NCBI GenBank assembly: GCA_036397455.1
Contig: DASWIX010000078.1
Span: 41,002 to 105,001, forward strand
Source of the DNA: Gemmatimonadales bacterium
Lineage (GTDB): Bacteria; Gemmatimonadota; Gemmatimonadetes; Gemmatimonadales; GWC2-71-9
DNA length: 64,000 bases
Reading direction: 5' to 3'
Below the pieces are notes generated by a model, which saw only the letters and a program-made list of their open reading frames with translations, was not told the DNA's origin and ran no database searches. Each line of letters opens with the position of its first letter. The stretch's first letter is position 1. A program made the position numbers and the translations under genes. Shown in pieces: positions 56,924-64,000 of the stretch.

Positions 56924-57147
56924 TCGACTGTGGGAGGTGAAGGGAAACTAGATCGACGCATCGCGTCGCGCGAGCGGACCGCCGACAACCCCTGTCCGGT
57001 TTCGGACCGGCTCCGCTTCGATCAGCCGGCCCGGAACGGGACGCGCCTCTTACCGACGGCGGTCCCGCGCCGTACCCTAAACCCACCCGGTGCGCGTGCA
57101 GGCGATGGGTGGTTGGCCCAACCACAACTCCGGATGGCAGGGTGATC

Positions 57148-57534
57148 ATGATGCATCGTCAGACGGTCGATCCTGATCTTGGCATTCGACGGTTCCTCGA
57201 GGACCTGCGCTCCGGCTTCGACCGACGGGGGCCGCCCGATCGGCGGCGGCGTGGTCGCCGCGCAGCGATCGAATCCGTCGAACGCGATCGCCGTCGCGCA
57301 GCGGACCGGCGACTGTTCGATCGCCGCCGACCCGCCGATCGTCGTCACTTGCCGGCCCGGGAGTACAGCGAAATCCAGATCATGCGCATCCGCGAGATGC
57401 TCGCCGATCCCTTCCTCACCGCCGCGTGCCCGGGATGCGACGCCGGACTGCTGCGGACCGAACGCATGATCAGGGGTGTCGCCAGGTGCATCGTGCTGTG
57501 TACCGGATGCCGGACCCGCGCCGAACTCTCGTAA
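57148..57534 (+). CDS. Small protein with repeated DRR/RR motifs and C-terminal CxxC...CxxC zinc-ribbon (hypothetical)
   Basis: The sequence is MMHRQTVDPDLGIRRFLEDL..., with repeated DRRxxxDRR and a C-terminal CPGCDAG...CTGC. Competing minus-strand ORFs are Arg/Gly-rich shadows. The start is ATG 57148 or 57151. Confidence 0.4.
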   Translation: MMHRQTVDPDLGIRRFLEDLRSGFDRRGPPDRRRRGRRAAIESVERDRRRAADRRLFDRRRPADRRHLPAREYSEIQIMRIREMLADPFLTAACPGCDAGLLRTERMIRGVARCIVLCTGCRTRAELS

Positions 57535-57653
57535 CCGCCGACGCCCGACAAACCCGCTTGGCACGCCCTCTGAAACGGCGTACCATTCAGGGAGCATTCA
57601 CCGGAGTCGATGTATGTCGCCGTTATGGAATACCGTGAAGTCGTTGCTCGGAG

Positions 57654-58448
57654 GTGTGCCCGGCAAAGGGCCACGACTTCCTCAGCCGCCCTGCACGCCA
57701 AAGCCACCCGCCGGCCCGGCACCAGTCCGGCCGCCCGAGCCGGCCTGCCGGACCGGACCCCACCCCGACCTTGCCGCGCTCGTCGCGCTGCTCCGTGGCC
57801 CCCGCCCCACGCGCTGACCACCACCGGGGGGCGTGGACGGTCGGCCTGGCAATCGGACTCGCCATCGCCGCCGCCGGAGCGCTGAGCACCTTCCGGCTGC
57901 AAGCGCCGCCGCTCGACTTTTCCGGCGAGCACTTCAACGGGTCCGTGCAGCGCATCTTGCGTGAGGTGGCGTTGATGACCGCCCTCCTGACCTTGGCGTC
58001 TTACCTCCTGACAGGACGGGCCTGGGCCCGGTGGGTGCTGGCCGGGGGCCTTCTGGTACTCAGCGGCTGGACCTTGTTCTTCAGCGAGAGCGCATCCGAC
58101 ACCCTGTTGGTGGCGCTCGCGGCCTCGTGCATCTGGGGACTCGGCGCGTTGGGCATCGCCCTCGGGCCCGGCGTCCGCGGTTACGTCCTTCGCGCGCGCG
58201 AACGCGCGCACGAGCACGCGCTGGGCATCCTGGTGTCGGCCGATGACGCCGCTCGCTGGCTCGAAATCCTCGACGGATGGGATCGCGCCGGTGTCCTGAC
58301 GCGCCGCGAGCGGAAACGGGCCCAGGGCCTCCTCAGTGATTGGCTCGACCGCAACGGCGATCAGCTCGATCCGGCCGCCACCGACCGCGTCCGCGCGCGG
58401 CTCGCCGCGCCCCCGGTCGAACCCCAGGCCGTCGGCGCCGCGTCGTAG
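57654..58448 (+). CDS. Hypothetical membrane protein, 5' end unresolved (possible frameshift with 57614-57817)
   Basis: Four hydrophobic helices lie at 57830-58180 and the tail is helical. The listed N-terminus is Arg/Pro/Ser-rich. A better-looking start (GGAG, 7 nt, ATG 57614, MSPLWNTVKSLLGG) lies in another frame that closes at 57817. Confidence 0.45.
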   Translation: MCPAKGHDFLSRPARQSHPPARHQSGRPSRPAGPDPTPTLPRSSRCSVAPAPRADHHRGAWTVGLAIGLAIAAAGALSTFRLQAPPLDFSGEHFNGSVQRILREVALMTALLTLASYLLTGRAWARWVLAGGLLVLSGWTLFFSESASDTLLVALAASCIWGLGALGIALGPGVRGYVLRARERAHEHALGILVSADDAARWLEILDGWDRAGVLTRRERKRAQGLLSDWLDRNGDQLDPAATDRVRARLAAPPVEPQAVGAAS

Positions 58449-58570
58449 CCACCTCGCCATCCATGCGGCAGTACCGTCGATGCCGATGAGCCCGTCCCCC
58501 TCGCTGGCCCTTGCCCGCCTCCGATGCCATCTTAGTCGTGCACACTCGACCTTCGGCGGTGAAGACGGTC

Positions 58571-59473
58571 ATGCCCCAACCTGAAGCCTCAATCGGAGCT
58601 GCCGCCCGCCGCCCGCGGGATGACGAAGTCGACGTCTTCGGCCTGACCCACGCGGGGAAGGTCCGGACCGTCAATCAGGATCATTTTCTGATCAGTTCGC
58701 TTCGCAAGTCGATGCAAATCCACCACACGAGCCTCCCCAACGTGGACGATATCCCGCTCGAAGGTGAGCGCCTGGCGTTTCTGGCCATGGTTGCGGACGG
58801 CGTGGGTGGCGGCGTGAAGGGAGAGGTGGCCAGCCGCGTGGCGATTGCAGAGGTCACGCAGTACATCGCCCACAGCATGCGGTGCTACTACACCGCCGAT
58901 TCCAGGAACGAGGAGGACTTCCACAAGGCGCTGCAGGAAGCGGCCTGGCTGTGCCATGCGAGCGTGGTCGACAACGCCGACAACGACCCGAGTGCCCGCG
59001 GGATGGCCACCACCCTCACCGTGTGGATCGGTGTCTGGCCGCAGGCCTACGTGTTGCAAGTGGGCGATAGTCGGTTCTACGTGTTCCGCCAGGGGGAACT
59101 GACCCAGCTCACACGCGACCAGACGATGGCGCAGGAACTGCTCGATTCCGGCGTGCTCACCGCTACCGAGGTCAGCAAGACACGCTGGGCGCACGTCCTC
59201 TCCAGCGCCATTGGGGGGAGCCAGACCGCGCCGGTGGTGACCCGGATCGATCAGTCATGGGACAACGTGGGATTGCTCTGCAGTGACGGGCTCACCAAGC
59301 ACGTGCCCGATGAAAAGATCAGGGGACGCCTCGCCACGATGACCTCGTCCCGCCAGGTATGCGAGACGCTGTTGCAGGACGCCCTCGACGACGGCGGCAC
59401 CGACAACATCACGATCATTGTCGGCCGTGTGGTCCGCCGGAACCACGGCGAGGCGGCGAACGCCGCTACATGA
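58571..59473 (+). CDS. PP2C-family Ser/Thr protein phosphatase
   Basis: The ATG at 58571 starts the protein. The PP2C motifs are GLTHAGKVRTVNQDHF, VADGVGGGVKGEVAS, LLCSDGL and DDGGTDNITIIV. Confidence 0.85.
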   Translation: MPQPEASIGAAARRPRDDEVDVFGLTHAGKVRTVNQDHFLISSLRKSMQIHHTSLPNVDDIPLEGERLAFLAMVADGVGGGVKGEVASRVAIAEVTQYIAHSMRCYYTADSRNEEDFHKALQEAAWLCHASVVDNADNDPSARGMATTLTVWIGVWPQAYVLQVGDSRFYVFRQGELTQLTRDQTMAQELLDSGVLTATEVSKTRWAHVLSSAIGGSQTAPVVTRIDQSWDNVGLLCSDGLTKHVPDEKIRGRLATMTSSRQVCETLLQDALDDGGTDNITIIVGRVVRRNHGEAANAAT

Positions 59474-59633
59474 GCACGCCGATCAGCATGGCGACGACCA
59501 CGAGCACGAGCAACCCAAGGACGAGGACGATGAGGATGGCGCTCGCCGCCCATCTCCAGCCTATCCGCCGCAGGAACTGGTAGAGTCCGATCTCGAGGAT
59601 CGCGCGGATCAACCGCTGTACGATGGGCAACAT
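59466..59633 (-). CDS. Small membrane protein (55 aa), below the ORF-track cutoff
   Basis: Manual translation gives MLPIVQRLIRAILEIGLYQFLRRIGWRWAASAILIVLVLGLLVLVVVAMLIGVLM. G/C is at the third position in 50 of 55 codons. The plus-strand frame over it is an acidic His/Asp/Glu-rich shadow. I found no clear RBS. Confidence 0.4.
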   Translation of the reverse strand: MLPIVQRLIRAILEIGLYQFLRRIGWRWAASAILIVLVLGLLVLVVVAMLIGVLM

Positions 59634-59738
59634 GTCGAGTCCCGTGGGTGGCGTGGATCCCTACGACGGCACGGCCGTGGGGTTTCGCCGCGTCGCGTTC
59701 CCATTGCCCCCACCATCACCAACGGTATCTTCCGCCCT

Positions 59739-62495
59739 ATGAAACGCCGACCCATCCTCGTCCTCCTCGGGCTCGCCACGCTCCTCGTGGCGCTGATCGC
59801 CGCCCCTGCCATCGCCCGCATTGCCGCAGACTGGTTCTGGTTTGATGCGCTGGGGTTCGAGGTGGTGTTCCTGAAGACGTTAGGTACCAAGCTGGCGATC
59901 GGGATCGGGGTGGGCCTGGCCGCGCTGGCCTTCTTCTACGTCAACCTGCGGATCGCGCAACGCGGTGCCGTGCCGGACCCGGTCGTCGTGGCGATGCATG
60001 CGCGCGGGCCGAAGATCGAGCTGACGCGCGCGCTGCAACGGCTGGCGTTGCCGGTGGCCGCGATCGTCGCCCTCCCGGTTGGGGTGTCCGCGATCGCCGA
60101 TTGGCAGATCCTGTTGCTGTATCTCCACCGCACCCCGTTCGGCGAGGTCGACCCCGTCTTCGGCAGGGACATCGCGTACTACCTGTTCACCCTCCCGGTC
60201 ATATCGGAGGCGCTCCGCCTGGTCATCGCGTTCACCATGCTGGCGTTGTTCATGGTGGTGCCGCTGTACGTGTTGCGCCGTGACGTGGTCGTGGTGCGCC
60301 GGCGCGTGACCGTCGAACCGTCCGCGGAAACCCACCTTGCCGTCCTCATCGGCCTGCTGTTCGCCGCGGCGGCGGCACGGATGTTCTTCGTTCGCATTCC
60401 GTCCCTCGTGTATTCCACGGCGGGTCCGCTGTTCGGGGCGAGCTATACCGACCTCGTGTTGCGCGCGCCGCTGTTTCGCGTGCTGGGCGTCGTGGCGCTG
60501 GTCGCGGTGGCCCTGATCATCACCGGAGCCCGTTCCGGCCGCCTGGTACGCCATGCGACCATGGCGGTGGCGCTGTATTTCGGGCTGGCGGTTACCGGGG
60601 GGATCGCGGCCGCACTGCTGCAGAAATTCGCCGTGACACCCAATGAACTGGTCAAGGAAACGCCCCAGATCGAATCGCACATCGCGGCCACGCGCCGCGC
60701 GTGGGGGTTGGACGCCGTCACGACGCACGACCTGAGCGGCGAGGCCACGCTGTCCCTGGCCGACATTCAGGCCAACGCGGGGACGATCCGGAACGTGCGC
60801 CTGTGGGATCGCGATCCGCTGCTCCAGACCTTCCGGCAGATCCAGGAGATTCGGACCTACTACGATTTCCGTTCGGTGGACGATGACCGCTATTGGATCG
60901 ACGGCGAGTACCGCCAGGTGCTGTTATCGCCGCGTGAATTGAGTACCACCTCCCTGCCGACTCGCAACTTCATCAATGAACGGCTGACCTACACCCACGG
61001 CATGGGCCTGACCCTCAGCCCCGTCAATCAGGTATCACGCGAAGGCCTGCCGGTGCTGTTCGTCAAAGACCTGCCGCCGGCCTCGACGGTGTCGATCGAG
61101 GTCACGCGGCCGGAAGTGTATTTCGGCGAGATGTCGAGCGAGTATGTGTTCGTCAACACCGCCCAACGGGAATTCGACTACCCGCTGGGGGATTCGAGTG
61201 CGTTCACCGTCTACGAGGGAACCGGCGGCGTGCGCGTCGGCTCGATTCTGCGGAAACTGTTGTTGAGTCTGCGGTTCGGATCGATGGACGTCTTGCTCAC
61301 GGATCTCATCACCCCCGACAGTCGTGTCCTGTATCACCGCAACATCGTCGAGCGTGCCGGCAAGGCGCTACCGTTCCTGCGCTGGGACAACGACCCGTAC
61401 CTCGTGGTCACGGACGATGGGCGGATGAAGTGGATCCTGGACGCGTTCACCGCCAGCCGCCGGTATCCCTACTCGCTCCCGGCCGCCAACGGAACGAACT
61501 ACCTGCGCAATGCCGTGAAAGTCGTGATCGACGCGTACGACGGTGACGTGGTCGCGTACCTTGCCGATCCCGCCGAGCCGATCATCCAGACGTACGCCAA
61601 GATCTACCCGGACATCTTCGAGCCGCTGGAGAACATGCCGCCCGACCTCCGCGCGCACATCCGGTACGCGGCCGACCTGTTCCGCATTCAGACGGAGCTC
61701 TACACCATCTATCATATGGATCAAGCGGACATCTTTTACGCCCGCGAAGATCAGTGGCAGATCCCCAACCTGTCGGCGAGCCAGACCAGGAGCGACCCCT
61801 TCCTGCGGCACATCGTGATGCGGCTGCCCGGCGAGCCGCAGGAGGAGTACATCACCATGACGCCGTTCACGCCGCGTGGAAAAGACAACCTCGCGGCATG
61901 GATGGTGGCGCGCAGCGACGGCGAGCATTACGGGCAACTTGTGGCGTACAAGTTCCCTCGGCAGAGTTTGCTCTTCGGCCCAAGCCAGATCGTGAATCGG
62001 ATCAACCAGGATACGGAGATATCCCGCCAGGTCTCGTTGTGGGATCAGCGGGGTTCCGAAGTCATCCGCGGCAATCTCCTCGTCATCCCGATCGAGGAGT
62101 CGCTGATCTTCGTGCAGGCGCTCTACCTCCGCGCCCAAGGCGGACAGATCCCCGAGTTGAAACGGGTCATCGTCGCCTACCAGAACCAGGTGGTCATGGA
62201 AGAGACGCTTGGCGCCGGCATGGCCCGCTTGTTCGGTGGATTGGTCAATACTGACGAGCGGCGTTCGTTTGACGCCGCCCCCGCCCCCGCCCCCGCCGCG
62301 GCCGCCGGCCCCGCTGCGCTGGGCGCCACCACCGACACGCGGCTCGCGGACCTGGTGACCCGGGCGTCCGATCATTACGACCGCGCCCTTGCCGCCCAGC
62401 GGGCGGGGGATTGGGCGCTCTACGGTGAGGAGATGCGGCAAGTGAGCGTGTTGTTGCAACAACTGCGCGACGCGGTACGTACCGAGCGTAACTGA
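59739..62495 (+). CDS. UPF0182-family large membrane protein
   Basis: The ATG at 59739 gives MKRRPILVLLGLATLLV...DWFWFDALGF. The N-terminal region has about 7 TM helices, followed by a large soluble domain and an Ala/Pro-rich tail, the characteristic UPF0182 layout. Confidence 0.85.
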   Translation: MKRRPILVLLGLATLLVALIAAPAIARIAADWFWFDALGFEVVFLKTLGTKLAIGIGVGLAALAFFYVNLRIAQRGAVPDPVVVAMHARGPKIELTRALQRLALPVAAIVALPVGVSAIADWQILLLYLHRTPFGEVDPVFGRDIAYYLFTLPVISEALRLVIAFTMLALFMVVPLYVLRRDVVVVRRRVTVEPSAETHLAVLIGLLFAAAAARMFFVRIPSLVYSTAGPLFGASYTDLVLRAPLFRVLGVVALVAVALIITGARSGRLVRHATMAVALYFGLAVTGGIAAALLQKFAVTPNELVKETPQIESHIAATRRAWGLDAVTTHDLSGEATLSLADIQANAGTIRNVRLWDRDPLLQTFRQIQEIRTYYDFRSVDDDRYWIDGEYRQVLLSPRELSTTSLPTRNFINERLTYTHGMGLTLSPVNQVSREGLPVLFVKDLPPASTVSIEVTRPEVYFGEMSSEYVFVNTAQREFDYPLGDSSAFTVYEGTGGVRVGSILRKLLLSLRFGSMDVLLTDLITPDSRVLYHRNIVERAGKALPFLRWDNDPYLVVTDDGRMKWILDAFTASRRYPYSLPAANGTNYLRNAVKVVIDAYDGDVVAYLADPAEPIIQTYAKIYPDIFEPLENMPPDLRAHIRYAADLFRIQTELYTIYHMDQADIFYAREDQWQIPNLSASQTRSDPFLRHIVMRLPGEPQEEYITMTPFTPRGKDNLAAWMVARSDGEHYGQLVAYKFPRQSLLFGPSQIVNRINQDTEISRQVSLWDQRGSEVIRGNLLVIPIEESLIFVQALYLRAQGGQIPELKRVIVAYQNQVVMEETLGAGMARLFGGLVNTDERRSFDAAPAPAPAAAAGPAALGATTDTRLADLVTRASDHYDRALAAQRAGDWALYGEEMRQVSVLLQQLRDAVRTERN

Positions 62496-62518
62496 CCGCC
62501 CGAATCCTGAGGACGACG

Positions 62519-62791
62519 ATGGACTTCGACGGCATCGGGACCATGGCCCTCTTCCTGAGTACGGGCGCCGTGGGCGTGTGTCTGGTGTTCCTCGCGGGCT
62601 ATCGGATGAAGCTCAAAGCCGATATCGAGCGCGCACGCCTGGGCGGACATTCGGCGGACGACGTCGGCGAGTTGCGAGCGGAACTCGAGAGCACCCTGGC
62701 CCACCAGACCCGGCAGATCGACGAACTGCACGAACGGCTCGACTTCACCGAGCGCCTCCTCACCCGAGGCCGGACCGACCAGCAACCGTAA
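62519..62791 (+). CDS. Small single-TM coiled-coil protein (90 aa)
   Basis: GAGGA lies upstream of the ATG. The TM helix is MALFLSTGAVGVCLVFLAGY, followed by a charged helical segment. It is immediately downstream of UPF0182. Confidence 0.55.
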   Translation: MDFDGIGTMALFLSTGAVGVCLVFLAGYRMKLKADIERARLGGHSADDVGELRAELESTLAHQTRQIDELHERLDFTERLLTRGRTDQQP

Positions 62792-62870
62792 CTGCCGTCC
62801 TCGGGCGCACTGGCTGGTCACCCGGCGGACCGATATGCTTAGGGCCGTCAACCCGGGGATGCGCTCCACC

Positions 62871-64000
62871 ATGACACACATCGTAGATCGTCTCAAGACC
62901 GCCCTGGCCGACCGGTACGCCATCGAGCGTGAGGCCGGCAGCGGCGGCACGGCGACGGTTTGCCTGGCGGGGAACCTGAAGCACCGGCGCAAGCCCATCG
63001 GGGCTCTCTGCATCGCCCTCGCCATCGCGCTGCCCGATCACACCCTCGCGCCAACACAGCGCGAGGGCCCCGCCACCGGCACGCACGGGATGGTCAGCAC
63101 GGCGCATCCGCTGGCCACCGAGGCGGGGCTCCGCATCCTCGAGGCGGGCGGCACCGCGTTCGATGCCGCCGTCGCGATCGCCGCGGCGCTCAACGTGGTC
63201 GAGCCCGCGATGTCCGGGATGGGCGGCTACGGCACGATCCTCACGTTCGACGCGGAGAAGGGCGCGGCGCGCTTTCTCAATCCCAGCGGGCGTATGCCGG
63301 CGAGCCTGAACAGCGACGCGTTTCGCGCGCCAACGCCCGGGTTCATGGAGAATCGTCGCGGGGCCAAGGCCGTCTCGACCCCGGGGAATGCCAACGCGTG
63401 GGAAGCGATGTGGCAGGCGTACGGGCGGATGGCGTGGGCCGAGCTGTTCGCCGACGCGATCCGGCTGGCGGACGAGGGATTCGCGTTAAGCGCGGCCGAT
63501 GCATCGACCATTCGATCGGCGTTCGACGATTTCCCCGTCCATGCGAAAGCGTTCTACGGGACCGACGGTCGCCCGCTGCGTGCAGGCGAGCGGCTCGTGC
63601 AGCACGACCTCGCCCGCTCGCTCACGCTGGTCGCCGATGAGGGGGCCCGCGCGATGCACGGCGGGGCGATCGGTGCGGCCATCGACGCGGCGATGCGTCG
63701 CGCCGACGGCTTCCTGTCGCTGGCCGACCTCGAACACAACCGGGCCGAATGGTGGGATCCGGTCGGTATCGATTACCGCGGGGTCCGCATCCTCACCGCG
63801 CCGCCGCCGGCCAACTCGTGGCCCGCCTTGGTTCGACTTGGCATGATGAGCCGCTACGATGTTGTTGCACTACGACACAACAGCGTTGAGTTCCTGCATC
63901 GCTATGCCGAAGTCACCAAACACGCCTTCTGGACGCGGCTGCGCTGGGCTGGAGACCCGGATGTGGCGCCGCCTCCGCTCGACACCCTGTTGTCCGAAAC
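62871..64000 (+). CDS. ggt: Gamma-glutamyltransferase (3' end outside the window) with a kinase-derived N-terminal extension
   Basis: This frame is not in the ORF track because it has no stop inside the window. Manual translation gives MTHIVDRLKTALADRYAIEREAGSGGTATV...KPIGALCIALAIAL...GTHGMVSTAHPLATEAGLRILEAGGTAFDAAVA...MSGMGGYG, a GGT N-terminal-subunit pattern. An in-frame ATG at 62835 is an alternative start. Confidence 0.8.
   Translation, partial: MTHIVDRLKTALADRYAIEREAGSGGTATVCLAGNLKHRRKPIGALCIALAIALPDHTLAPTQREGPATGTHGMVSTAHPLATEAGLRILEAGGTAFDAAVAIAAALNVVEPAMSGMGGYGTILTFDAEKGAARFLNPSGRMPASLNSDAFRAPTPGFMENRRGAKAVSTPGNANAWEAMWQAYGRMAWAELFADAIRLADEGFALSAADASTIRSAFDDFPVHAKAFYGTDGRPLRAGERLVQHDLARSLTLVADEGARAMHGGAIGAAIDAAMRRADGFLSLADLEHNRAEWWDPVGIDYRGVRILTAPPPANSWPALVRLGMMSRYDVVALRHNSVEFLHRYAEVTKHAFWTRLRWAGDPDVAPPPLDTLLSE

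Overview
This is a high-GC bacterial chromosomal segment, hand-counted at about 67% GC in typical coding lines, and it is densely coding on both strands. The gene content is tricorn-type and S9/S41/M28 peptidases, paired amidohydrolases, a TPR Ser/Thr kinase starting with the ERLKxALADRYxIERELGxGGMATVYLA signature, UPF0182 and a GxxExxY gene. By inference only, this resembles a Gemmatimonadota- or Acidobacteriota-like organism. I support about 48 protein-coding genes, one frameshifted S41 peptidase, three tRNAs (Lys-CTT, Glu-TTC, Glu-CTC) and several repeat elements. I saw no rRNA, CRISPR array, integrase or recognisable transposase.

Most of the window is housekeeping or peripheral metabolism:
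- proteases
- c-di-GMP turnover
- FeoAB
- a hexosaminidase, nucleotidyltransferase and symporter operon
- a TonB-dependent receptor
- an MMPL exporter

The most unusual region is 26453-28465. It is a 1,999-bp lower-GC segment bounded by perfect 21-bp terminal inverted repeats and near-identical 7-bp flanking direct repeats. It sits between the tRNA-Glu promoter and the stop codon of a GGDEF-EAL gene. It carries three co-directional ORFs of unknown function (one TIGR04255-like) and no transposase.

Secondary oddities:
- a gamma-glutamyltransferase ORF that opens with a fossil Ser/Thr-kinase N-terminus
- a GxxExxY gene nested in CTCTGCG/CGCAGAG heptamers
- REP-like GGGCGCACGGCC palindromes next to poly-G tracts
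- a GCS2-CBS ligase translationally coupled to an AstE/AspA-type deacylase
- a membrane-anchored FHA-trypsin protease
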